This document shows positions 24,117 to 37,941 of a stretch of DNA of 64,000 bases, in pieces. Below the pieces are notes generated by a model. It was not told the origin of the DNA, did not search any database, and saw only the letters and a program-made list of their open reading frames with translations. Origin of the DNA: Lytechinus pictus (lineage: Eukaryota). The position numbers and the translations under genes were made by a program. The DNA lies in the NCBI RefSeq assembly GCF_037042905.1, contig NC_087245.1, forward strand, positions 20,834,001 through 20,898,000, in the 5' to 3' direction. Position 1 is the first letter of the stretch; each line of letters opens with the position of its first letter.

Positions 24117-26063
24117 AGTGGGGGCAATTTCTACATATCCCTGAAGTACAATGCCTGTAATGCCTTGAACGGTTATTGCCCTCGTGATTATTCATACTTT
24201 TATCTTCATGATTGATTTGGGTATAATGGTGCATGACTACCACGTATGGGAAAGCGATTCATCTCCAATGATTAATAATGTATAAAGATAGGACACGTCA
24301 AGCGAAATGATATGTTATATATTGATGGGGAGGAGTGAGGGAAAGAAGATAGCTATAGAACATGTAGAAGGAGGTGAACGGGTGTGGAGATAGAACTGAG
24401 AAACGGAGGGTGGATATGGGGAGGGGGTAGGGGGAGTGGGAGAGGGCAAGAGGGGGAAGGAGAGGGGAGAATGTGAGAGGGAGGGGTAATACTCCAACAC
24501 ACTAAACCTCGAACATAATGTGACCCTCTTACTATTTCATATTCATCTCCTGTCTATTCCCTCGATCTGCCGCGATCAAAGCGGGGCAGGTGTCAAGTGG
24601 TGGCGGTGGTAGTGGTTGGAAGGTTTCTTGGGATGACTGTACCGATGATTTTTTTTTCTTCTTCTGGTGATAAAGACAAGAAAAAAGGGGAAAGAGAAAG
24701 TACGAAAAGAAGTCCAAAACAAGTCTGCTTGGTTATATTTTAAAATAATACCCATATATTTCGAGTCAGTTCGAGATCGTCTCACCCCCTCCATTTAAGT
24801 AACGTGTAGTCGTCCTTAACCCCAAGACTATACCTTCAAACCATAATTTTTATCTTCTACTATCTGTACTTCTTATTGTCTTGATGAAAAGTGAGAATCA
24901 GTTTTCGTGATATTAGTTTGTTGTCAAAATGTTTATTAAATGATCACAAGTCTGTTTTGTTTGAAAAAATATGATTTTGCGTAGTATCAGTCTTTCGATC
25001 GACATGATATATTTAGATAAATGTGGTGGCAACAAATGGGACACATGAGTGGGTATGAGGGAACAAGAGAAGAGGAGAAATTATTATGTAAAGGAAGAGG
25101 GTTGACGCGAAAACAACTAGCGCAAAATGGTGTGGAACGTAATTTTACTAACAACAAATATTTCACTCTGATAGAATTCAATAACATAAGGTCTGAATCA
25201 ATAAATTTATTATTTTCTTGTAGGGCGTGAAGGTTTAAACACATTATTTTCTGGTGATCTAAAAACGAAGACAAAATTAATCTTCATCGACGCACATAAG
25301 GTTCCCGGCTGATTCAGTAAGACTTTAGGACCTGATGGTGGTGGTGGTGGTGGTGGTAGGGGGAGGGGGTCCACAACAATAACAACTACATCAACTTCAA
25401 CACAAATTGAGATAAATTTGAGCTTCCAAGTGAAAATGTAATCACACCGCTCACTGTCTGTGACTGAACTTGAAGATGTTTAACATGATCATCAGCTAAT
25501 CTTGCTTTTAGATATGAAATTCACAGCTCGTGTTTGAGGTATCAATACACATATACCCTTGAATATTTTCAACATTGCAATGTTATAATAATAATTACTA
25601 TAATGCTTAACATCTACTTTAACAGAAGTTTTTAATCGCTCTACAGTAAATACGGCATAATTACACTGGCTATAGAAGAGCAGCTGTTGTATTTACCCAA
25701 TTATAAACAGGATGTTTAAACATTCTTAGAGTATAAAATCGATTTCAATTTGATTATTCTGTACAGGCGTCATTTTTTATTTGATGTTGTCTGCTAAACT
25801 ACTGAACTTCATCTGGATGTATGTATTGACCGCAGTTAGGGTATCATAAACATGATAAAGCAGTTGTTGAATATTGTTGATTAAAAAAATCGCGGTCGTT
25901 CAGACCCTGTAAAATTATGCAATCTGCGGGTGTCCCCCTCTAGAATTGTGGTATTATTAACTTTGTGTGAGGAAGCTCCTTTCCCCAACCTGGTGCATAA
26001 TGTACTGCACATATCAGGATGCAATTAAGTTTAAAAAGGGTGTACGAAATGTAAGAAAGTATT

Positions 26064-26420
<357 letters not shown>

Positions 26421-26670
26421 GTTTGTGATAACTGTGTTAATGACGACACATTTTACTTTGTTTTTGCACTTCTATAGTCGCCATTAACGATGTGCTGGAC
26501 GTCTCTGTGAATGAGCTAGGTAGACTTTCTCCGACTTTCCCGCTTCGGAGCTGACAAATTTCATGGTTAAGTTCGCAGTATGGTGATTCCTCATTATCAT
26601 GTCTAATCAGTGTCTGTAAATTGAAGATAATCATTTCTTTGTTCAAAATACAAAATAACGCCGTTTTTAG

Positions 26671-26783
26671 TTATTTAACTTGTAATTTCATTCTTTTTCT
26701 TCTTTTCTTTCCGATCACTATGGTTGTGCCTGCCTTGCCCTCGCGTTGCCTTCGCCTTGATACCAATCAACCAATAGGTAAGT
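26671..26783 (+). promoter_or_regulatory. Candidate recursive splice site 1 (zero-length exon TAG|GTAAGT at 26777/26778)
   Basis: No AG in 26671-26775; pyrimidine tract at ~26686-26712; UGC-rich block; then caatcaaccaatag|gtaagt. Confidence 0.6.
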
Positions 26784-28383
26784 CATGCGTAATGTTATAA
26801 TAGAAAAAAATATCATAAGGCCATATTTTGTTATTATCGAAGGTGAAGAGGTATTTATGTATTGATTTCCAAATAATTATGTTAACGATAACAGGAATGT
26901 TGATTATGCGTAAATGTGCATATATTATGTGTGCCTATATTATTCTTAAGGCGAGGAAAAGACTGTACACTGCACTCGGAAGAGTTGCAACAAATTCTTA
27001 GATTATAAATATGGGTCGGAAATGGTCTGATAAAACCATCTTATTAAAATTTACGATGATGGTAATGGGTGTTGTTTTTAGCGACATGTATTTCCAATCA
27101 TCATGAACCCTGCATTTTGTACTGCATTGCTATTAATTACACATGTGGCACTATAGGAGCAAACATCTCTGGACATTCATTTTTTCCTCTGTAAAATCTA
27201 AGTTTAATTTGGCCGACTATAGAAATCATTCACCTATTGTCTGATAGCGCGTGGAGGGGGGGGGGCAATTATTTTCTACCTAAACATATAGGTCATTTAT
27301 AGTAATGAAAGACTTTGCTCCCACCCCTTAACTGCACTCATACCCACCCCCCCCCCCCCCGAGAAGCCCTTGATCGACCGCTAATTAGGGATTCGGTTCG
27401 TCATTTGTTTTGCACTTCAATCACCCATTTTAACATTGTTTGGACTGCGCACACTAATTTCGAAAAGGTCTTGTTCGCTTCGCCGCGGAGGCGGTTGAAA
27501 TTGTCGGCTAGCTTCATTACGAGTTTACCTTGTTAATCCGTCAATCTTTCGAGCTGAACTTAGGAGCTGATGAAAGACGTCGAAGGGCGACCATGTTCGT
27601 ACGGTGCGCACACGTTTCTCTGCATTGCAGAAATCACTTATAGGCTAAAACTGTTAAATGAGGCGGGATATGTAAGGATACATTCATCAGTTTATTCGCG
27701 GTTAGATCTGTGCATTATGTAAGAATACCAATCCGTAAGTGTGATAATATCATACTAGTAGGCATATTCATAATCCCTTTTTTCTTCTGTCACAAATAAC
27801 GCCAACTGTCGATCATGTCAATATATCTGCATGAAGACAAAAATGCCTAAACCCTAGGACAGCCGACACAATGCGTGTATCATTTTACGCCAAGTATATT
27901 CTAACGCAGCGGCTTTTTGAGAGCACCTAGATATACATATTTTAATGTTTGATTCATCATTTAGTTTGCTAGAAGTATGTAATTTAATTCATAGTGACCG
28001 GCTGATCTTAATATTCGGTGATATAAGAAATGATGGGGGCAGCCTCAATTTCCCATCAAAACGGTTTCGGAACTCTTCTTATTTTTGTTGTTGTTAGATC
28101 AAACCTTTTCTAACCTTTTTTGTTAAGAATGATCTGATATTTTATCAGGGCTGTGAACAAAAATAAGAATAGAAATTGATTTGATGCTGGAGTCATTCTT
28201 ATTCTCCCATCAAAAAAATATGCCCTCCATCTCCAATATTTTTTGTTTTATTTATTTATTATTATTTTTTTTTGTGGGGGGGGGGGCTATCACCCTATAC
28301 TAGTATAAGATCAAGTCGTTACTAACAGCGATCTAGGGTAGATATGGAAGTAGCCTACACGATGAGTGAGTTATTGAGTTGTA

Positions 28384-28640
28384 GAGGTGTTGTGGTTCAG
28401 TCAATATGTCTCTAGACTTTGAACCACAAGATCTGGGGTTCAAATCCCACAGCAGCACTCGCGTCCTTCGGCAATGCGTCCTTCTACATTTGCCACTCTT
28501 CACCCAGGTGAAGTAAGTGGGTATCCGGTAGGAAGGAATTCATTGAATGCATGAGCGTCCGATCAGGATAGCCGTGTTTAAGCCGGGGTATAATAGTATG
28601 CAGCGCTTAGGAAAATTTGTTTGCATATTATTATTATTAT
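28384..28640 (+). mobile_element. Diverged tRNA-derived SINE
   Basis: B box ggttcaaatccc; central cactcttcacccaggtgaagtaagtgggtatccgg; agccggggtataata; (tat)n tail. Confidence 0.82.
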
Positions 28641-28739
28641 TGAAGCAATGAATGAATGTATAAAATTACCATATTGTTAATGCAAATTGATAACACCACA
28701 ATAGATACTACTAATACTCGTTGTAATATACTACTATCG

Positions 28740-28905
28740 ATGCTAATAATGATGATGATAATGATAATACTAATAATAATGATAGTAATAATAATGATAT
28801 TCATTATGATAAAAATAATAATGTTCATAATAGTAACAATGATAATGATAATAATAATAATAATAACGATAATGATAGTAATAATAATGATACATTATAA
28901 TAATG
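28740..28905. repeat. Degenerate (AAT/GAT)n microsatellite
   Basis: Directly visible. Confidence 0.85.
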
Positions 28906-29278
28906 GTAACAATCTATTTCAAGTATGAAACTTTCAATTTTTGTTTACATAGTTACAAATGAGTTGATTCGAGGAATAAATACCAATTTGCCTCTCCTGT
29001 GTGGGATGTGGCTACGAACAGCAATGTCTTACCAAATGAAATTGTGCTGCAGCAGGAGTTGAGCACCGTATCATGTGCTTTACAATTCGTACACAATAAT
29101 TCCTACTAGAACTTGAAACTTCGAATCGGTTCATTTAGAGATAAGTGACTAAAAAATATAGGTTAAAACAAAAATAAATAAATAGGTGACTGAAGAGATA
29201 ACTAAGTAAAGATTCAGTATACATGTACTTAAATAAACTTACAACTTAGTAATTGAAACGAACTGTTAATTGCAATAA

Positions 29279-29368
29279 TTCATTCATTCATTCATTCATT
29301 CATTCATTCATTCATTCATTCATTCATTCATTCATTCATTCTTTCATTCATTCATTCATTCATTCATT
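29279..29368. repeat. (TCAT)n tetranucleotide microsatellite
   Basis: About 22 near-perfect units. Confidence 0.97.
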
Positions 29369-30814
29369 AATAAAACAGCTAATTAAACAGTAAATAGTCA
29401 ACTATATTTCCTCTGATTATAAAGTTTTAAAACTGCAATCGTACCTTTAAAATTCATGTATTCTCATCATTTCCATTGATGTAGAGATATTCAGATCAAA
29501 TCTCTTCTCGTCCTTCTTCTTGCATGGGTGGTTGAACGATTGAGGAGGGCTAAATTGATTCAGCAAATATTGTATGGATCAGAATGATGTTTGAAGATAT
29601 ATCTAACTGGGCCATGATATTCATGATCAGGATGTGAAGTGGAAATATACAAAGAGGGATAAAGAGAGAGAGGGGGGATAGGTGACATGGAGACAAAGAA
29701 AAGAGAGTGGTAGAGAAAGAGCAAGAGGGGAGAGAAGAGAGAGGATGGGGATAAAATGGGAGCGGGGAGAAGGAAATGGGTAGAAATTAATAAAGAGATA
29801 TATAGAAAAGAGAGAAAAGAAGATAGGAGAGAGAAATAAATAGAAAGAGAGAGAGAGGGGGAGAGGGAAGGGAGGGAGGGGGAGAGAAAGAGAAGGGGGA
29901 GAGACAGAGGAATAGGCGAGATACATGTAAGGAAAGGAGATCATGACCCAGTTTTACTAAGAGTTCTGATTTATTCAAATCAAACTTAGATTGAGATTGA
30001 TCGTAATACACTTTTCTTAACTACATGATATTATCTCAATCGTGGTTTGAATTTTATCTAAATTTATCACAGCTCTTTGTAAAGTAGGGACCAGGGGATA
30101 ATGGGGGAGGGCGATAGGATTTGCTGTTGACAGAAGATGACAGAAAGAAAATGATGGGAGATAAAATATAGTTTAGGCACGATCGTCCTAAGTGTATTTA
30201 CAAGACTGCTAACAAATATCGTGTTGAAATGAATATTTATGTTTCATGTAAACAAAAAGCGAAGCTAAATGCAGCATATGACGTAATACTGTCACTAAGG
30301 CCCTGTATATTGATACCTCTACACCTGATTATGATTACAGAGTAACTATATATTTCGTGTTTTTTTTAAGCGGCGTGTTGTTTGCTTTGCCGCTTTCCCC
30401 AACAGTAATATTTTAGATAACAGAAATAAATATTACACACAACTGAATAAAAATTGAAGAAGATAAGAATTATAAAAAAAGCGCATGAGCAAAAAACGAT
30501 TTGAAAAAAAAAGGAAAAACATACAGTAGATAGATTGAACAATATTATTGAACAATGAATATCAATGGGGATATCAAACGCGAGAAAAACAAATTTCTTT
30601 CTGGATATTAATATCAATGGACGACTTACGTCACATCAAAATCATTCGCGGATGATTTCATTTTTTCGAGTTGCGTTTAACGAATAACTTTTTGTTGAGT
30701 GAAGATGACAACTTTTTTTTGTATCATCTTCAAGAAAATGGACAGAGGGAAATTCTGGATTGATCTGTTGAGGCAAACATTTATCCGAATTATCTTCATA
30801 TCAGCAGAGACCTG

Positions 30815-31087
30815 GGCCCCGTTTTACAAAGAGTTGCAATTGATCCGATCAATCTCAACTATATGGAAATCAATCAATGTCATCATTTTTTTTCTACTGG
30901 AAATAAGGAAATATGTCCAAGTAAACACAAAGAAGCACAATGAATTTTCAAGAAAACGATGCCTGCATAAATATACATCATACGTAGAAAATATTTTGAA
31001 CAAACATGCATGTTTGATATTGCCGTTGCTGGCTTTCCATAGTTGTGGACGATTGGATCAATCGCAACACTTTGTAAGACGGGGCCC
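30815..31087. mobile_element. MITE with CTG flanks (PIF/Harbinger-like)
   Basis: Long TIRs ggccccgttttacaaagagttgcaattgatccgatc / gattggatcaatcgcaacactttgtaagacggggccc; CTG at 30812-30814 and 31088-31090 (one-base offset at one end). Confidence 0.85.
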
Positions 31088-31090
31088 CTG

Positions 31091-31262
31091 ATGGGTGTTT
31101 CATAAAGTTGTTCGTAAGTTAAAAAGCATCTTTAAGGACGACTGGTGATCCTTTCTTGTTGTAAATGGTATATTCATTGGCGATGGTTTAGCGCATTAAG
31201 GTTTACCAGTCGTTCTTAAAGTCGCTCTTAACTTATGAACAGCTTCTTTATGAAACAGCCCC
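31091..31262. mobile_element. Second MITE abutting the previous one, CTG flanks
   Basis: TIRs tgtttcataaagttgttcgtaagttaa...gacgactgg / ccagtcgttc...ttaacttatgaacagc..ctttatgaaaca; CTG at 31088-31090 and 31263-31265. Confidence 0.85.
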
Positions 31263-31429
31263 CTGGTATGATCATGGTTTCTGACTTACTGTATGTGTAA
31301 ACTAGAGCAGATTTTCTGTGAATACAGTGGGATATGATCAGTAACGAGATTTATATTGTTTGCACGACTGGGTGGATTAAATTCGATACACGACTGTGGT
31401 GTCACTCACGTATACATAAATTTCTTGAG

Positions 31430-31900
31430 GAGTGGAAAGGGAAATAAAGGAGAAAAGGCTTATGAATGAGGAGGAAGGGGAAAATGTATAAAATGGGGAT
31501 ACAAAGAAGAGATAACAATAAGAAGAGAAAGTGAAAAGATGAGAAGGAGGGAAGGAGGAGGAGGATAATGAAAAAGAGATGCATCGATGAGAGAAAAATG
31601 ATGAAAGCGATGAGCGAAGAAAACTAAAATGAAGGAGAGAAAAAAGAAGATGAAGAAGAAAGAGAGGGGAAGAGGAGGAGGGAGAAAGAATACGAAGAAT
31701 GAGAAAAAGGAGGAGGAGGAAAATAAGAAGAAGAAGAAAAGGAGGAGGGGAGGGCCTAGGGATGAAGCGTAATAACAGGAAAAAGGAGGGGGAAGAAAAG
31801 ATGACGAAGAAGAAAAAAGGGAGGAAAAATAAATAATAAAATGTAGTAGTAGAAGAGGAGTAAGAAGAAGAAAATGAAAAAGAAAATGAGAATAAATCGT
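31430..31900. repeat. Purine-rich (GA) low-complexity tract; similar tracts at ~20030-20140, 24320-24490, 29650-29940, 43780-43940 and 59430-59700
   Basis: Directly visible; source of the Phe/Ser/Leu-rich minus-strand ORFs. Confidence 0.85.
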
Positions 31901-34023
31901 AAACTGGTGATAAAAACCATCGAATATATAAGCGAAATAACAAGTAGATGTCTACCAACTATAGAGGAAAGTTTAAGTGAGGAGAAGAGTGTATAACAGA
32001 ACATCACAATACAAAAAGGGAAAATTAGAATTAAAAAAAACCCAAAGAAATAGATAGGGAGACAAAAGTAAATTTAAAAAATGAAACGATAGAACGGGGA
32101 CGTAAAACTTTCATTTTACCGTAATTTGATTTACAAAAGCAGCAAAGAAACCTGGTAAAACGTGCGAGAGAAAACAAAATGTTATGGAAAGCGATCTCTT
32201 GCGTTCATTGACGATACCGTCGATCATTCACGCGGTAAACATGAAATATAACCCATTTTTTCATCAAAGGCGTCATACCGTCCCATCAATACTAAAACAC
32301 ATAATCAAATAGTGATGTAGGTATCAATCTTCATATTGACGCACTAACCACATTAAGAGTGGTTATTTCACAAATTCGTTAACGTTTCCTCTTCTTCCGA
32401 TGTGTCACGATTTCCAAAATAGAATATATATGTATTCTTTTCGAAATTTCTCAGCGAGTTCTGCCTTCCCATATTCTGTATGTCTGACTCGTTTTTGTTG
32501 GAAAAGAAATCCTCAGCAATCACTGAAATGTCGCTCAGCGTGTATGAGCTTACTAAAATATCCCGGCCATTTTTTTAACAAGATCTAATCACGTCCATGG
32601 CCCGTATGCTGAATTTAAAAGTGTATTCAATCTCCACTTTTCTCCCATTTTGTCATCATTATGACAGACTAGAGTGTTGTTGTTATTTTTTACTTCGCCG
32701 GATTACCTTCCACTCGTTTTTTATTAAATAAAATGCGAATAAATAATTACTAGGAGGCCAAAAACCTTGAGAGTAGCAAGCACCCTATGCAACTTAGTTC
32801 TTATCCACTCTAAGAAAAAGCTGTTATTATAACAACTTTCAAACACCGCATTTGGAGCTCCGTTTGGGTACAAACATTCAGAAGGTATACATCCCTACAT
32901 TCATCAGAAGCTATTAAACCTTCGAAGGTGCACATAGTTAGCTCTATTTTGCTTTCCAAGGATGCAGAGTTGTATCTTCTATCAACTCACAAACCAAATA
33001 TAGTGCAAAATTTTTAAACATGCAAATTGGACATTTCGGGTGCAATAAAAAAACAAATTAATTGTATCACCAAAGGCGCAGTCGGGGCTACATTATAGGG
33101 TGCATATATATTTTCATTTTCTTTAACGGATTGTTTAAAACTAATACTAAAAACTAAATCTGTTAAAACTTTAAAGAAGTAGATTTCAAGGTGAAATGTA
33201 CAATCAGTTGTATATCTTATCATAGTAAGCAGTTGCATGCATTTTTAAATTTTCTTTTGTTCTTGAGCCTTCATATCATCCTTTAAGCAGTTCTTTAATA
33301 GTGTACATATTAAAGGATTCAAAATATTTAATGAAGGCGCTGATATGCTAAGCAACTGTTATTTCTCTGAGATGGGAAACAAAATGGATTATCACCCCAT
33401 TTCAGCTCCCGTATATCCGATTTCCTTAGGAAGTCATCCGCAAAATGATGGATCAAAATTATAATCGCCATGTTTGCAATTCCCGTTTCCATGGCAACCC
33501 CTCCATAAACACATCGGCCAACCGTAAAACAGACCGCCATTATTATTTCAGAATCATGTACTTAGTGCCTTCAAGCGTTTCTATGTGGAATGTTTATATT
33601 CATAATCTCCAAAGTAATTGCGTCATTAGCTTTAATTCGGGCAGGATTTATACATGCAGCAGTATGATCGTGCATTTATCTGCAGTGTATCTTAACTAAA
33701 AAGCTTTACTCTCATTCATATCAAAGTAAAGAAAATCCAAGATCAAAGATATTTAAAGGAACATATATATTTTTTTTTCGATAAACGTTTATCAATGGGA
33801 ATAATATATTTTGTACTTTATTCCAGTTACAAATCATTCGGAAAAGGGAGTAAGGTCGATCTCAGTATAGAAAGGGTGGTAAGAGCGGCGATCTTGTGTA
33901 GATATGAAAATAGCCTGTTAAATATTCCGATCTGAAAACAATCAGATAATTATTAATTTAAAGAATGAATTAATTTAAGCAGGTTGGGGTTTTCAAGTTG
34001 ATATTATCGTAGTTAATACTAGG

Positions 34024-34056
<33 letters not shown>

Positions 34057-34081
34057 GCTACTACTACTACTACTACTACTT

Positions 34082-34149
<68 letters not shown>

Positions 34150-34266
34150 GCTACTACTACTACTACTAATACTAATACTACTACTACTAGGCTACTACTA
34201 CTACTACTACTGTACTGCTGCTACAACTACTACTACTACTACTGCTACTACTACTACTACTGCTAT

Positions 34267-34338
<72 letters not shown>

Positions 34339-34468
34339 TGCTACTACTACTACTACTGCTACTACTACTAATACTACTACTACTAGGCTACTACTACTAC
34401 TACTACTATCACTACTATTACTACTACTTCTACTACTACTACTACTACTACTAATATACTACTACTAT

Positions 34469-34529
<61 letters not shown>

Positions 34530-34612
34530 GTTACTTCTATTTCCACTACTACTACTACTTCTACCACGACTATTACTACTATTACTAAATTTACTTCTAA
34601 TTTTACTACTAC
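34024..34612. repeat. Long (TAC)n microsatellite
   Basis: About 590 bp of tac units with tgc/ttc/aggc interruptions. Confidence 0.97.
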
Positions 34613-37251
34613 TTGCGGCTTTATTATGTAACTTGATTTAAGCTGTTCGTAATTATGAAAATAATTATTCTCTCTACTGACTTCACATAATGCTATCTTT
34701 AATTTCTAACTTGTGATTGTATACTCCTTCTCATCACTCATCATGTACTTTATCTTCGTCGATCTTACCAACTCTCTTCTATCCTCCAACCACTGAGGTA
34801 CCGAATCCTCCATAAAATCCCTTTTCTTAAAGAATCCATTGCAATGTCCTCTTTATTGACTATCTGTCTGTGTTTTCTTCGAAATTCGACCGCCTTGAAA
34901 GCACTTGTCCTCTTCAATTTGGCCTGTACACTCGACAGTGATAGATGTTTTGATTGCAGAGCAACACTTCACAACTCTTCATCTTTCCTTTAAGCAACCC
35001 CTCTTCACTATTTTCCAATATGTTCACCCCTGAAAGACAGCATCTTTGAGTACACCCCTAATACGAATGCTTCATCATGTTCATAGTGCATGCGTAAGCA
35101 TGCATCTGTATTTATATAGAGATATTCTGAATTAAGTGATCATTCTTTATTTTTTAGTAGAGATATCTTTTCAAGTACCCATTAGAAGAGCATTTATGTA
35201 GATGAGCATTGTTAGATTATAAGATTAAAAAAGAGACCGTAATTGGAACTTAAGGGATGCTTGTGATATTACAAAACTCATAATAACCAGCTCTCTTAAG
35301 AACACACACACAGAAAAAACACCATTGAACTGAAAAATGTGCAGTAATAATGGGCCCTAATCCCCCTCCCAAAAAAGGGGGAAAAAATCAGGATTGTAGA
35401 CAATATAAAGATTATAATGTAAGTATGCTTTTAAGGTTTATCAGAATCATGGTAACCATGGTAACTTTTACCCCAAATGGCATTTTTTTCAATCATAGAA
35501 AAGAGATTATTCTGTTGGACTCTAGAGCACATTAGTTTTACGTAAACTTTACCTTATACAGTATTATGGCTCGATGTACATTTAACTTTAAAGAGGTTTC
35601 TTTTGTATTACAGGTATTCTCTATAAATTTCGATCATAATGTTTGCCATGGTGAAAAGTTAATCTGGCTAACTTGTCTAAGAATAATAATTGTGTATCCA
35701 TTTATCATCTTATTATTACGTATCTCCCTGTTTTCACTTCGTATTGCTTAATGTGAGGCTCTTGCTTTTCGAGAAGATCATGCAGGTTCTTATCCAACCC
35801 ACAACCCCCCCTTATCTAGAATCCATATACCACCCCCTCCCTCTTCTCGCTCTTCTGTCTCCTCTTTCTTTTTTATCTCCTCGTCTTGTCAGTGTACTGT
35901 TGAAATGCAATTGCCTCACTTTCATGTGACACATAATCGAAATGGCCAAAGAAGTGCTTAGAATCTTTCCACTTTAAGCCAAATCTATAAAATACACTGA
36001 ATTCTGTGTTTAAATTCAGTTTTATGGATATAAACCACATGGCTTCCTATCTTCCGCACCATTTTGGGTATATTTTTGAAGTTTTTGTTGATCAGGGCGC
36101 AGCCTCGATGTACTTGCGAAAGTGATGCACCTTAAATAACATAATATACACACTTTCGCGTCGCCCATTGTTCATTATAAGCAATTTTTGACGTAGTGCT
36201 ACGTCGATGAATATGTGAATATTTTAGGGAAACTATATAAAGTCCAAAGATACAATGATCAGTATCATTGCGTCAAAAGACTGATGCATCGATGAATTTA
36301 AATTGATGTATGAGAATCATTTGGAAATAAAAGAGACGCACATTGTGCGGTATGTTGCTGCGTTTTAAATGGTGCATGTTACGCAGAAAGTTTAGCTAAG
36401 ATCGGAATTTTGATACCCATCATCTTAAACCCTTATTCATCCGCAGTCATCACTATTTTGCATTCCATTTCCGCCAAGAAAAAAAATCACCCTTTTTTGC
36501 ACACCTGAACGAATTCAATCCGTTTTGAGCCTGCGTTCGCAGCGCCAAGGGAGGAATATTATCTGATTTTCACTTCTGACCTACAAAAATGGGGGTCTTA
36601 ACCCAATGGTGCTACTTTCTGCAGCTCAACGATGGTGAAATGCATGATTTAGAGGCCGGTGAAGGATTGAGAGGGTTAATGAATATAACCGAAGGCAAAT
36701 AGTCTATCCCCATGCGGTCCTACCTGTCAAACAGGATGACAGGAACTGGTAAAAATAGCGGTTGAAAAAGAACAACCGACGCTCGTGAGAGACAGGGACA
36801 AATCGATGTCGAAAGCCATTATTCGTAATGAATGTGGGATAGGTGTGAGTGTTGATTCGTTCTTTTAGTTATTTAACGTGATCATTGTTTATTGTCCAGA
36901 CTTTTGGAATGTATGTCCAACTAAAAGAATATATTACACCCCACGCCCCTCCCGAAAATAGTTAAAAAGAAGTATAGTGTAAGAGAGCGAACTAATTTTT
37001 GGAATATGTTTTTGGATATAAGATTCTGATTGAAATGCAAAGGTCGAAGTTTTATTTTTCTTTCAAAATAAAATTTGTTATAATTGCACTTTGCTAAGAA
37101 AGGGTGTATATAATATTGACACTATGTAACGCTTAGCGTGATTCTCTTGCTAACATTATTCCTTTCTTTGCAGTGTGTCTGCCCTTGTCAATCATTATTT
37201 TGGAGGAAGCTTTTAGAAAGTGGCTGATGCTTAACCAATCCTATTCATTGC

Positions 37252-37408
37252 CTCCGTTACACAAAACCTTGCGATTAAACGCAAATTTGAAAGAACGTTT
37301 CTGATAGGTTTCTGGTCAGTCTATCAAACAAACTGAACGTCCATAAGTAATCTTGATTGGCCGGAGCCTTTTTACGATTGATTGCTAATATTTGTGTTAC
37401 GAAGCCCT
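37252..37408. mobile_element. Degenerate MITE
   Basis: cctccgttacacaaa...tgcgattaaacgcaaa versus tttacgattgattgc...tttgtgttacgaagc, imperfect TIRs. Confidence 0.55.
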
Positions 37409-37704
37409 GGTATATTTTCCCCTTCTTATTCAACAACCATCCTCTCTTTCCTTCCTCCGAGGAAATTTGAATCGATCTGTGTCCAATGCACGTCTTGATG
37501 TAGACAAACTCCCACTTTCACGCTGCTGTCAGTCACATAATATGGGCTAACTTGTCCCTAGTGGGATACCAGCTGCTGGGGGTGAGGGGGATGGGCAAGG
37601 GGCATGCCTCCGCCAAGCTATAATAGAATACAATGGAATGGAAGCAACAAAATATGTGAACGATAAAAATGGAGCTGAAGTCGAAATGAAAAATGAAAAC
37701 AAGA

Positions 37705-37941
37705 ATAATGTGTCTGATGACCTGGTGCATTTATATCTATCAACCGAGCAAGCTGCACATACACTGGTGCTCCTTATCAATCCTAAAACCTTGCCCCTTG
37801 AATATTTGACTTTTTCTCCTCATTCTTTTTAGGAATGATATAAAAAGAAGGACCAACAGCGAAAACGTCGAAAATAAAGTGAATATTCCCCATGGCATTC
37901 TTGTAAGACCACAAGGTTGCGTCCTGGGTCCTTTCTTGTAC
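37705..37941 (+). mobile_element. Possible fossil of a CR1/L2-type LINE reverse transcriptase
   Basis: 37909-37941 reads PQGCVLGPFLY (compare GVPQGSVLGPLLF). Upstream LYLSTEQAAHTLVLLI loosely resembles the segment before LDLSKAFD. Confidence 0.4.

Noticed and set aside
31410..31423. Second possible 14-nt minus-strand microexon (aag|AAATTTATGTATAC|gtgagt)
   Set aside because: Weak AAG acceptor, and the pyrimidine tract is just the adjacent low-complexity repeat.
31377..31958. 193-aa hydrophobic minus-strand ORF
   Set aside because: Low-complexity GA-rich tract; not coding-like.
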